A DNA stretch of 64,000 nt, taken from NCBI GenBank assembly GCA_012401045.1, contig GCA_012401045.1_4704.2. One strand, written 5' to 3'. This DNA comes from a phage. The notes under the pieces are model-generated. The model saw only the letters and a list, made by a program, of their open reading frames with translations. It did not search any database and had not been told where the DNA came from. Shown piece by piece: positions 1-9,591 of this stretch (the first letter of the stretch is position 1; every line of letters begins with the position of its first letter). The position numbers and the translations under genes are program-made.

Positions 1-1806
1 TGGTTTGATTGGGTCACTGTTGATTGTCTGGATAAAATGGATGGTGTAACTGCTCAATGTCTTAAGCAGCTGCAGCATTCCGTATTGAATATCCTTAAGA
101 CTGGTGACATCTTCCAAATCCTGGCCGGTGGCCTTTGTGAAGATATCGAGAGCCAGAATACCCGCCTCTTCTTGACTGATTGCGTCAAGCTCCCAATCCA
201 TCGATAAGAACCATTCCTTGTAAAGCTGTCCAATACCGAAGTCGACACCAACATCCATGTAGAAGTTTTCAACGATGGCTTCAGCCATGCCTCGAGCTTG
301 ATAATGTTCTTGGAGCTGATACATGAACTGATGACGACGCCAGCCCTGGTAGATCTCGGTAACGGCGCTCAGAAACTCTTCAGTACTGACGACAGCACGC
401 AGCGTCACTTGCTTATCCAAACACCACCAGATCAGTTTATCGGGAATGATAGCAGGATCGGTAATGCTACGGAGATGGTCGAATGTCGGTAGCGTTAACA
501 CCCTGACGTGGTTAGCATGGATCTTAGGTACTTCAATCAGCGTCATGCCCATCGAATAGTTCAGCAAATACAAGAACAGCTTGTAGGCATCTTTCATCGA
601 CATCGTCATGGTATCACCCGTCACCGGGTTGGTTGTCGTTAACCGTGACTGATACATGCCTATTGCGCTAAGATGAATCCATTCATTCAGCAGGAAATCA
701 TACTTAGGATACAATTCACTGTCTGTAAGGTCTTCGGCTTCACTTTCCAACACCTTGGTCGTTAAGGTATTGTTGTCATGCATCGACATTTTCTCTATCG
801 TGCGGTTAAGCTCGGTATAATACTCCGCTTCGTTATCCCGCGCTAGAGGGAACTGTTGCTGCATCACGGTGGTGACCTTACGTCTTACCGTGCCATTACC
901 GACGATCTCTTGAAGGTTAAGCGGTTTACGCTCCATGTAAACTGCGGGTTTTAACGTCTGGGGTATCTCGGAAGCGTCTTGTTTGATCGAGAACGCACCG
1001 ATTGGAATCCCACGATCGGTTAATACCTTTTGAATGAGCTTATCGTAGTTTTCCGTTCTGCCCATGTTTCTTTCAACGTAAGCGATGTTACGATAGAACC
1101 AGAGCATTTGGGATTCGGTCATGTACCGCTTGAATCGATCAAGGCCTTGATGGCTTGCCAGATAACTCCAGATATGGAAGCTATGGGCATAATGGGTATG
1201 ACAGTTTTCCCAACGAATACCTTTTATCATCTCAGGTATTTGTGTGAATAGGATGGCGTATAGCGCAGGCCAATGAAGCATATCGACGCTCTCGTATGCC
1301 GGATGTTCCCAGCGTCTGAAGTAATCGTCGATTTCTTGCTGTAAACGTGGAATAAGATTGGCCTCGCGTGACTCAACCTCTTGTCTATCGTACCAGAGAA
1401 TCTCATGATTGCGTGCCGCAATTGCTTTCTCGATATCGATGGGGTTAAGGATACCCAAGATCAACATACGTTGTTCCGGGTACCGCGCAATTAAACGATT
1501 GAAATAATCTCCGCCATACGCGTATTCCCTTGCCGTCATGCGATGCCGTAACATGTTTTCCTTGGTGAACTCGATCTCTTCGAGCGTATCCAGGGAATTT
1601 ACGGTCATCATTGTCTGACAAGGATGATACTCGCCAGCGAGATTCATGTAGTATAACCACGTGCGTGGGTCGTCCCCGACGGCCATCTGGTAGACTTCGG
1701 AAACCTTGAGGTTTAACCGTTCTGCCGTGATGTCGCTTTTAATAATCAGGGTGTCCGTTAGACGCTGCACGCTTTCCGAATAAAGCTGATAGTCAGTGTT
1801 GGACAC
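1..1806 (-). CDS. hypothetical protein, N-terminal ~600 aa; C-terminus lies left of the window
   Basis: Stop-free minus-strand frame across 1-1806, hand-translated, protein-like; GTG start near 1806 preceded by GGAGGA with 6-nt spacer; not in ORF track because it runs off the edge. Confidence 0.6.
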   Translation of the reverse strand, partial: MSNTDYQLYSESVQRLTDTLIIKSDITAERLNLKVSEVYQMAVGDDPRTWLYYMNLAGEYHPCQTMMTVNSLDTLEEIEFTKENMLRHRMTAREYAYGGDYFNRLIARYPEQRMLILGILNPIDIEKAIAARNHEILWYDRQEVESREANLIPRLQQEIDDYFRRWEHPAYESVDMLHWPALYAILFTQIPEMIKGIRWENCHTHYAHSFHIWSYLASHQGLDRFKRYMTESQMLWFYRNIAYVERNMGRTENYDKLIQKVLTDRGIPIGAFSIKQDASEIPQTLKPAVYMERKPLNLQEIVGNGTVRRKVTTVMQQQFPLARDNEAEYYTELNRTIEKMSMHDNNTLTTKVLESEAEDLTDSELYPKYDFLLNEWIHLSAIGMYQSRLTTTNPVTGDTMTMSMKDAYKLFLYLLNYSMGMTLIEVPKIHANHVRVLTLPTFDHLRSITDPAIIPDKLIWWCLDKQVTLRAVVSTEEFLSAVTEIYQGWRRHQFMYQLQEHYQARGMAEAIVENFYMDVGVDFGIGQLYKEWFLSMDWELDAISQEEAGILALDIFTKATGQDLEDVTSLKDIQYGMLQLLKTLSSYTIHFIQTINSDPIKP

Positions 1807-1833
1807 GATCGGTCCTCCAAGGAGCCAGTGTAA

Positions 1834-4743
1834 ATGAACGATATAAATAAAGGGCGCGTCGCCCTCGAACGTCAAATGAGTAATAATGACGTTGCGAAGG
1901 CACTCATGAACAAATTTGTCGCTCCTGCTCCGCAGTCACGTCTTTATAATACACGTGATGCGGAAGGAGCGAACGGTCGTTTCGGGTTAGTTGTTCCCGA
2001 CCAAATGACGATGAACACGGTTACGCGTGCGACCGCGACAAACATCGAGGATAATAAAAACATCCTCGAGTTGTTCCCTGAACTTAAACGTGTGATGCAG
2101 ATCTACGTTGCCGCGTTGACGAACCCTAACGATCTTAAGACGGTCGAGATGTTTATCGATAGCGAAGATTTCCCCGGCAGAGTCGCAGAAATCGTTCAGC
2201 CGATGATCGATACCATCGACACGCATTTTAAGAATATCTATAAAATAAAGACGCTTATCCCTCGTATCATCGAAGACGTCTTCTTTATCAAGGGCAGTTA
2301 TAACTTCGTTGTTCTGCCGGAAAGCACGCTCGACCGCGCCATTAATGGTAACGGTCAACTGAAACTTGAAGAATACGGATTTAAAGACAACCATTTTGCA
2401 AGTTGGGGGCTTCTAGGTAACGACAGTCGCAAACGCCACGAAAATCAATTACCTGCGACGGTTTCGATGGAAGATTATTTCTCGGGTGTTAATGAAACCA
2501 TACCGTACGATCCTGTTGTTCGCATAGACAGCATCAAGTTTACCAATACCCTGCTTCGCGATAAGGACGGTAAATTCATTGAAGCGAAGATCGATATTCC
2601 GGATATGGTTACGGTTGTCGATAACCCAGACATCCTCCGCATGCCTATTCTGCATCAACGTCGAGCAGCGACAGCAGTGCAGCGTGCGTTACGCGCAAAC
2701 ACGTTAGGAGGTAGTGGTTTGGTAACGCTGTCAGGCGATCCGACCCTAACCGCTAACCGACGTGAGCTGTCGCAAGAACAGGTTAACGAGATCTGGAATA
2801 AGCTCAACATCCAGCGCCACACCAAGGTATCGCCCGTTTACGCGCTGGCAACCCCAGATACGCTTGATCGTCAAAGCGTTGGCCATCCTGGCGTGATGCA
2901 TGTACCACCTGAGGCATTAGAACCCGTACATGCGCCCGGTGATCCTGAGAACCATATCGGGTATTTGGTTCAGTTGGATGAGTTTGGTTATCCAGTACGT
3001 TTGGTTGAAGATGCGGCGTATTACAAGCAGTTGGAAGGTCGGTTGTCGAAGATCACCGCAGATATCGCAGGTACGTCAAGCAACGGCATGGCGAGCGAGA
3101 TGATTGGTGCAGCCAAGAACATGATCCAGGGTACGTCATGTAATCAGGTAGACATGTCGGCCTTCGTATCATCGTACGAATCGCTGATGCAACGTTACAT
3201 TGTCGAACGTATCGTTAACGGTTATCTTGGCAGTGCGGTGGAGATCGGTGCGACATCATCGTTTTATCTGTCGATGCTTGCTCGTAGCCTCGCTCACAAG
3301 CAGACCCGTGTTTTGTTTATTCCTCGAGAGATGGTGACTTACATCGCTTATGAATACAACAAATACGGTATCGGTCGTTCGCTGCTTGAAAGTACGAAGA
3401 TGATCTCATCGCAACGAGCCATGCTCATGGTTCAAGAACTGATGGCGAAAATCAAAAGTTCGTTGAACTATACGACGCTAAGCGTAATGCTTGAAGACAC
3501 CGACAGAAACCCGGTCGATACCGTCGAACAAGCGCTGCATAGTTTCGCTCGTGTCTACCAGTCTGGTTTCCCTCTGGGTGAAACTAACCCGATGGATATC
3601 ATCAACGCGTACGAACGAAGCTCGATTCGATTGAAGGTTGAGGGGAATAACCCACGCTTCCCGAAATTGAATACAGACGTCAGTGTTGAGCAGCGTAACT
3701 ATCAGTCTCCTGATAATGAGCTGATGGATCGTTACCGTCGTGACCATTTCATGGGCTTGGGTGTGTCTCCGGAGATTATCGATACTTCCTACCAATCTGA
3801 ATTCGCAGCTTCTGTGATTACAGCTAACGCGATGCAAGAGAAACAGTTCACGGTTTGTCGTGAGGTGATCACGAATGGGTTATCGGACCACATCAAGAAA
3901 TATACGGCATACAGTCCCGTGTTGTTGACGTCGTTACGAAACACGGTTCGTGCGAACATGTCTAAGCTCTCCCAGGCACAATTGAAGCAGCTTTTTGGTA
4001 GCGATTTCGAAAACGGTGTTATCCGTAACGTTAACGCCTATCAGGAGATTGACGACCAATCAGCAACAATGGATCTGGATTACACTAAACCAGAAGTCCA
4101 GGAAGTTATTGCCGATGCTTATGTGTCCATGTTCTTAAACAGCCTGCGTGTGCGTTTACCGGATAGCAATGCCCGTCGCCTTGAAGATCAGGTACGTGAA
4201 TATAATCAGTACAAGGAAGCGATTACTGCGCAACTTGATGATTATTTAACGCCTGATTACGTCATGGGTCTGGGTGGGGTTGATGAAACAACGCTGCAGA
4301 TGATCCGCGCATGCATTATTGGTACCGCGATGCGTACGTGGGCAAAAGAGAACAACTTCAATCAGGAGCTGGCTGATCTCTTCAGTCTTGACGATAAGAA
4401 GAATGCCGTGCAAGATTGGAAACGTATGTCCATGGAACATATTGAAGTCATGGGTAAATGCATGGGTGATTTTGCATTGTATATTCAGAATCTGACGAAG
4501 AAGATTGAAGAGAAGATGGGAGCTCAAGCACAGGACGGTAGCGTTTCATCTGATGGTTCGTGGTCATCCGATTCAAGTAGCGATACCGGTTCTTCTGATG
4601 ACTTCGGTGGCGGTGACGATTTCGGAGATACCGATTTCGATACCGAAACGATGGAGGAAACCTCAACAGAAGAAACAACCACATCTGAGGATACGACGAC
4701 CGACACAACGTCAGAAGACGATACTTCAGGTGACATTGTCTAA
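1834..4743 (+). CDS. large protein (969 aa) with acidic Ser/Thr/Asp/Glu-rich C-terminal tail; possibly portal or other virion protein (unverified)
   Basis: ORF track; AGGAG about 10 nt upstream of ATG; last ~70 aa are SSDGSWSSDSSSDTGSSDDFGGGDDFGDTDFDTETMEETSTEETTTSEDTTTDTTSEDDTSGD. Confidence 0.85.
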   Translation: MNDINKGRVALERQMSNNDVAKALMNKFVAPAPQSRLYNTRDAEGANGRFGLVVPDQMTMNTVTRATATNIEDNKNILELFPELKRVMQIYVAALTNPNDLKTVEMFIDSEDFPGRVAEIVQPMIDTIDTHFKNIYKIKTLIPRIIEDVFFIKGSYNFVVLPESTLDRAINGNGQLKLEEYGFKDNHFASWGLLGNDSRKRHENQLPATVSMEDYFSGVNETIPYDPVVRIDSIKFTNTLLRDKDGKFIEAKIDIPDMVTVVDNPDILRMPILHQRRAATAVQRALRANTLGGSGLVTLSGDPTLTANRRELSQEQVNEIWNKLNIQRHTKVSPVYALATPDTLDRQSVGHPGVMHVPPEALEPVHAPGDPENHIGYLVQLDEFGYPVRLVEDAAYYKQLEGRLSKITADIAGTSSNGMASEMIGAAKNMIQGTSCNQVDMSAFVSSYESLMQRYIVERIVNGYLGSAVEIGATSSFYLSMLARSLAHKQTRVLFIPREMVTYIAYEYNKYGIGRSLLESTKMISSQRAMLMVQELMAKIKSSLNYTTLSVMLEDTDRNPVDTVEQALHSFARVYQSGFPLGETNPMDIINAYERSSIRLKVEGNNPRFPKLNTDVSVEQRNYQSPDNELMDRYRRDHFMGLGVSPEIIDTSYQSEFAASVITANAMQEKQFTVCREVITNGLSDHIKKYTAYSPVLLTSLRNTVRANMSKLSQAQLKQLFGSDFENGVIRNVNAYQEIDDQSATMDLDYTKPEVQEVIADAYVSMFLNSLRVRLPDSNARRLEDQVREYNQYKEAITAQLDDYLTPDYVMGLGGVDETTLQMIRACIIGTAMRTWAKENNFNQELADLFSLDDKKNAVQDWKRMSMEHIEVMGKCMGDFALYIQNLTKKIEEKMGAQAQDGSVSSDGSWSSDSSSDTGSSDDFGGGDDFGDTDFDTETMEETSTEETTTSEDTTTDTTSEDDTSGDIV

Positions 4744-4828
4744 ACGGATGTAAAAAAAATAACACATAGTTAACCTTCTCCCCAACCCGATGAGGGAAGG
4801 GGAGAAGGGCTATGCGCTATTTAATTTA

Positions 4829-5101
4829 TTACGAGGTTAACCACGATTCAATTGTGGTGAGTTTGCTTCTCAGTACGCGCCAACTAGGGTGTGGTGGGAT
4901 CACAGCGCCTTTGTCGATTACGGTTAGCTGAACCTGGTACTTCTGCTGCATACGCGCTACCGTGTCGCTTATCGAGAGGAAAAGCTGGTAACGTTCATAT
5001 GCCGTCAGTTCACTGTCCTGTTGAACTGCGTTGGCCGCTAACGTAATTTCGCGTAAGTCCTTTGCATCCACAGAGACGGTAATGAGTTTATATTGACTCA
5101 T
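4829..5101 (-). CDS. hypothetical small protein (90 aa)
   Basis: ORF track; AAGGAAA RBS 4 nt before ATG; bounded 3' by stem-loop element. Confidence 0.6.
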   Translation of the reverse strand: MSQYKLITVSVDAKDLREITLAANAVQQDSELTAYERYQLFLSISDTVARMQQKYQVQLTVIDKGAVIPPHPSWRVLRSKLTTIESWLTS

Positions 5102-5162
5102 ACGGTTTCCTTATCAACTAGGGTATTGCAAATACAATACCCACCGTCGGACGATAAGTTAA

Positions 5163-7721
5163 TTACTGCTCTTCACGTTCCAGCAGATACTCGGAAGCGG
5201 TAATACCGTTTACCGTACGTACTGCTTTCAGACGAGTATCATCGCTCAGAATTACAGTAACAGATTGCAGACCTTTTACTTTGGTTTCGAAGGTCTTGAA
5301 CACCTGATCCAGCATACGAGCAATGCTTGGGTTGGTTGCAGCCGATGCGTGGGTGTAACCGCTCTGATTCAGCTTCAGAATCTTGGCGTTGGTCGGTACG
5401 CGAACAACAACATGCGGGCGCATCGCGAATACGCTGTGATTGAACCAGTAAGCGTCGTTACTATCTTCGTCGGTAACGATGTCTGGATTAACACGCATAT
5501 CCTCGACAGCCGCATCCGCCAAACGACGTTCGATTTCATCGGCGTCCAGAGAGCCATCTTTCTCCAGTTCTGCACGATACTCACTCATGGCAACCAGATG
5601 ACGTTCACGATTCGCTGCGGATTTTTCGTGAGCTGCTTTCAGGTAGTCATGCATGTTGTACAGTTCTGCCATGGAAAGACGAATGTTCCACTGACCTTCG
5701 CCGTCACGATTGCAGTAGAGACACTTCAGCATGTTGACCCAGGTATAGTAGCAATTGGAGAATTCATCTTCAATGAACTTCTGGTCCATTTTAAGATCGT
5801 GAATCAGCCAACCGGACAGTTCTCCGATATCATCAACGAAGCTAGAGATGGTGGTTTCAGAGAAGTTCTTCGGTACGATACGTTTGATCAGCTTATTGAC
5901 GTCTTTGGTCATGCTATCGTTCAGGAAATGCCAAATACGCAGAGGAATAACATCTCGATACTGTTGCATGATCTGACGATAAGCTTTGATATCGTCGCTA
6001 CGACCTTTATCAATAGACAACGCATCCAGGAATTCATGGATTGCATCCAGCTCTTTGTCGGTATAGGTTCCCAGATAGGAATTGACGGTGGCAAGGAATG
6101 CTAATGCGTCGTTTTGGTTGACGTCGGTGTTGGTCTGCTGAATGATTGCCACTGAAGCTTTGGTTTCAGCATCCTCAACGCTTGACGCTGCGATTGCGTC
6201 GGTGACGGTAAACAGTTTCATTTCGCGCTGCTCACCGACAACGATTGGCTCACGTTGAACCGGTTTGTTAAGACTAACACGAACAACTTCTGCTTGCGCG
6301 ATGCGATCCAGTTTTGCCATTTCCTGCTCTGCCATACGACGAGCGGTTGGATCTGATTCAAGTTCGATGTATTCCACTTCTTCCTCCGTGAGGGATGTAA
6401 TGTCAACAATGGTTTCATGAAGAATTCCGTTTTCGTCGATACGTGCTCGACGAGCGAAGTGCCTGAAGTCATACAACGTCGGCCAACGACTATTAGGTGC
6501 AAAGTCTTTGGCTTTCAGACGCATCTGCATAAATTCTTCATGTTGAACAACACGACCGTAACGCTTAGCATCTTCGGTCGCATCAATTGGATTAACGGTC
6601 TTTGTTACCGTAGCAGAACGAGCCGTACGAACGGGTTCCGGTTTCACCTGCGCAGGTTCAGGTTGAACGGGTTTCTGCTGCCCAGCCTTAACATGCCATT
6701 CTGGCTCTTCGTACTGTTCAGCAAACTGTTCAGCCGCTGCAAAGATATCGTTGATACCACCAATATCTCCTTCAGGATTTGTCGAGTAAATCCGTGGTTG
6801 TGGTGCCTCGTAACGCGGCGCTGTGTTAACAGGTACCTCATCAACGATAGGATCGTCATCACCAACATCATACAAACGGTTGAACGCACAATCCTTCGAA
6901 TCGATGTATGATGGCGCTTGTGGTTGGACAACCGTAGGTCGAGGTTGTGTGCCGTATCCTGGTGTTGTTGGAGCCATACCACGCATAACTGCAGGACTAG
7001 GTTGGTATTGCGGTTGTGGGTAGGTTCCACCATACATGGCGTACGCAGGCTGTTGTGGTTGACCATACCCGTTGCTAACCATCGCGCTTGCTTGCGGCCC
7101 ACGATAAGTCATCCCCATCTGCATCACCTGCTGCTTCAAACCACGTGATTTCTGAGCGATTTGCGCCAGGCTTCCGCTTTTATTCAGCTGCGTGTACTTA
7201 TTCGCGGCTTCCGGGTTAATGCGTGATAATTCAATCGCGCGATAATATTCCGGGTACTGATTCGGTTCAAAGAGCCACGTTACAAGATGATACAGCGCAA
7301 CTGTACTCACGGCAGCAGAGACGATCTGGTCATCGGACGCGTTCTGTGGCATCGGGTTGATGTAAGAGAACACGTTCCAACAACAGTCTTCAACAAGCGA
7401 TTCCATCATCATATCGTTATTGGTATAACGTGCGACGAACTCGGTTTGTATTTTGTCTTGCTGAGCGAAGTCTTTCAGGACATTAAAGATGGCTTGACGG
7501 ATTTTGACGATCGTCGCTTCTTGGGTGATGAAGTTATAGTTCTGCTGATATGAGGGTTGTTGGTATTGTGGTGGTTGATAGGCGTTATTCGGGTATGCGC
7601 CGTACGGCGATTGCTGATACTGTTGCTGACTAACCTGTTCAGCCGCATAATTAACCGTGCTCGTATAAGGGTTTTCGCTATAGCCCATTTGTTGATACAT
7701 GTTGTTACTGCCATTATACAT
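5163..7721 (-). CDS. hypothetical protein (852 aa) with Gln/Tyr/Pro-rich low-complexity regions
   Basis: ORF track; AAAGGA RBS; N-terminal ~60 aa and an internal ~75 aa stretch are Q/Y/P/G-rich (QQPAYAMYGGTYPQPQYQPSP). Confidence 0.85.
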   Translation of the reverse strand: MYNGSNNMYQQMGYSENPYTSTVNYAAEQVSQQQYQQSPYGAYPNNAYQPPQYQQPSYQQNYNFITQEATIVKIRQAIFNVLKDFAQQDKIQTEFVARYTNNDMMMESLVEDCCWNVFSYINPMPQNASDDQIVSAAVSTVALYHLVTWLFEPNQYPEYYRAIELSRINPEAANKYTQLNKSGSLAQIAQKSRGLKQQVMQMGMTYRGPQASAMVSNGYGQPQQPAYAMYGGTYPQPQYQPSPAVMRGMAPTTPGYGTQPRPTVVQPQAPSYIDSKDCAFNRLYDVGDDDPIVDEVPVNTAPRYEAPQPRIYSTNPEGDIGGINDIFAAAEQFAEQYEEPEWHVKAGQQKPVQPEPAQVKPEPVRTARSATVTKTVNPIDATEDAKRYGRVVQHEEFMQMRLKAKDFAPNSRWPTLYDFRHFARRARIDENGILHETIVDITSLTEEEVEYIELESDPTARRMAEQEMAKLDRIAQAEVVRVSLNKPVQREPIVVGEQREMKLFTVTDAIAASSVEDAETKASVAIIQQTNTDVNQNDALAFLATVNSYLGTYTDKELDAIHEFLDALSIDKGRSDDIKAYRQIMQQYRDVIPLRIWHFLNDSMTKDVNKLIKRIVPKNFSETTISSFVDDIGELSGWLIHDLKMDQKFIEDEFSNCYYTWVNMLKCLYCNRDGEGQWNIRLSMAELYNMHDYLKAAHEKSAANRERHLVAMSEYRAELEKDGSLDADEIERRLADAAVEDMRVNPDIVTDEDSNDAYWFNHSVFAMRPHVVVRVPTNAKILKLNQSGYTHASAATNPSIARMLDQVFKTFETKVKGLQSVTVILSDDTRLKAVRTVNGITASEYLLEREEQ

Positions 7722-7755
7722 TTCTTACGATCCTTTTTATTTATTCGGTTATGTG

Positions 7756-9552
7756 TCAATCGATTATGTCACGATCGTTAATTTCTACAATTTCTTCATC
7801 GAATCGACCGACGTCTTTCTTCAAGCCTGCATTGGTTGCTGCAACGTCATTTGCAATTTGTGGGGTAATGATTAACCGACCGCGTTCGTCGATAGGTGCG
7901 TACATACTGAACTTCTGACGTCCGGTTGGTTCGGAGTGTGGAAGATTCAGATAGCTTGCGCAGAACGGGATGGAACCACTAACCAAACGACTCTCGTCAG
8001 CCAATGCAGCACCGCCTGCGTTTTGGCTCTGGAGAACAACATGCGTGCTCACTTTGAACAGCATGCAATCACCAGGTGACTGAATCGATGTTGCCACTTT
8101 CTCACGTTTGTCACGATTGCTCTGGATATTGAGAATCGCTTCCGTTGCAACTTGATTTCGCAACGCCTTCTGTACATCGCGATTGGTCATCTCTTTACGG
8201 TTGTTCTGTCGTTTACCACGCTCCGTGGTTTTAAGATGGAACCCCAGTTTAAAGATGCTCTTACGCACATCCTCCATGACATATTCCAACACCATCAATT
8301 CCTTACCGAACATCGTCGTGGTATCAACACGACTCATTTCGATAGTAACATTGTCAATCAGATAGGCCATAAATTCATAGAAGTCGTCGCAAGGAATATT
8401 TTCCTGTTTGAACTTCTTCTGCTGAATTTCGTCAACGTAAAGATCGAGACTGTCGATGTGGTGGTTTACATCACGCAACAAACGCGCATCCGCATTGTTG
8501 TTATTAAAGATAATCAAACCGAGTAATGTACGCCAATGGTCTGGCGCATTCGCGAACTCCTCAACCGGATAGTCTTCCGGAAAACGATCGTAATAACGGT
8601 CGATGAGATACAAGAATGCACCGACAAGGCCAAGAACAATACGTTCCGTGCCTCCACGTCTTACAGCAATTTGAATATCAGGATGTTTGTAACGTACAGC
8701 GCTAGCGCTACGACTTTTACCGCTTTTGCTGATACTAAAACCTTTAGGAATAACCCCCATGGTGCGATAGATTACCCATTGGTCACGCGGAAAATCGCGT
8801 TCAGCAAGGTTCCGTCCGGTTACGGCTTCGACACCTGCAAAACGTCGGAAACACTCACCCACCCCGTACTTCGCAAAGAGATAGTGACCCAGTGTGGTTA
8901 CGCTGGTGTGGTTGATGTTGTCACCGTTCACTTTACTTTGTTTGGTAAGATGATAGATTTGTGACCAGGGTAATGACAGGTAATGACGATAATCGATACC
9001 GGTCGGTGTATCATTGCTCAGGAACTGATACGGCGTACGTTTAACCGTGATTTTGTCACGCGGAAGCATGATGAACGCCATGTCTTTCGTGTAACTGATT
9101 ACCGGGTCAGCGAGCACTGCACTGAGAATGAAGTTCGCACCACGTAGACGCATTTTACCACCCTGACCTACCGCGGGTAATAGGAGAGGATGTCGGATAA
9201 TGCAGTAGTCCTTTCCGGGTTCACGACGGTCACCTGATTCCATCGCGCCGTACCAGCGGAATTCTAGCATCACCATAAACACATCGGATGGCGCAAGGTC
9301 GAAGGTCAGCTTACCGCTATCCTTCCCTTTGGTTTTCTTTCCTCCGCTTAAGTAGTGGAACTGTTCGCGGGCCATACAGCGACGCAGGCCATGATACACC
9401 AGATCCTTAGGTAAACTATCTTTGCTGTTCCGCCAAAGACGATCAACATAGGACTCAACATCTTGCATCTTATCGACGACGATGTTGCGTGCTATCTTCT
9501 CGTTCATCTTCGGTGCAAGCCCAGCGACAGCTTTGCAGAATCTAGGATCCAT
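7756..9552 (-). CDS. hypothetical protein (598 aa)
   Basis: ORF track; start moved to second Met (ATG) preceded by AAAGGAG. Confidence 0.85.
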   Translation of the reverse strand: MDPRFCKAVAGLAPKMNEKIARNIVVDKMQDVESYVDRLWRNSKDSLPKDLVYHGLRRCMAREQFHYLSGGKKTKGKDSGKLTFDLAPSDVFMVMLEFRWYGAMESGDRREPGKDYCIIRHPLLLPAVGQGGKMRLRGANFILSAVLADPVISYTKDMAFIMLPRDKITVKRTPYQFLSNDTPTGIDYRHYLSLPWSQIYHLTKQSKVNGDNINHTSVTTLGHYLFAKYGVGECFRRFAGVEAVTGRNLAERDFPRDQWVIYRTMGVIPKGFSISKSGKSRSASAVRYKHPDIQIAVRRGGTERIVLGLVGAFLYLIDRYYDRFPEDYPVEEFANAPDHWRTLLGLIIFNNNNADARLLRDVNHHIDSLDLYVDEIQQKKFKQENIPCDDFYEFMAYLIDNVTIEMSRVDTTTMFGKELMVLEYVMEDVRKSIFKLGFHLKTTERGKRQNNRKEMTNRDVQKALRNQVATEAILNIQSNRDKREKVATSIQSPGDCMLFKVSTHVVLQSQNAGGAALADESRLVSGSIPFCASYLNLPHSEPTGRQKFSMYAPIDERGRLIITPQIANDVAATNAGLKKDVGRFDEEIVEINDRDIID

Positions 9553-9591
9553 CACACACTCCTTTCAGAAAGTTGCTTAAGCAGATTAAAG

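Noticed and set aside
1-1806. Terminase large subunit for the left-edge gene
   Set aside because: No Walker A (GxxxxGK[ST]) in the first ~600 residues read from the sequence
1834-4743. Firm portal protein annotation
   Set aside because: Size and head-gene neighbourhood are compatible, but I recognise no portal-specific motif and the gene is on the opposite strand from the head block; kept as a tentative note only
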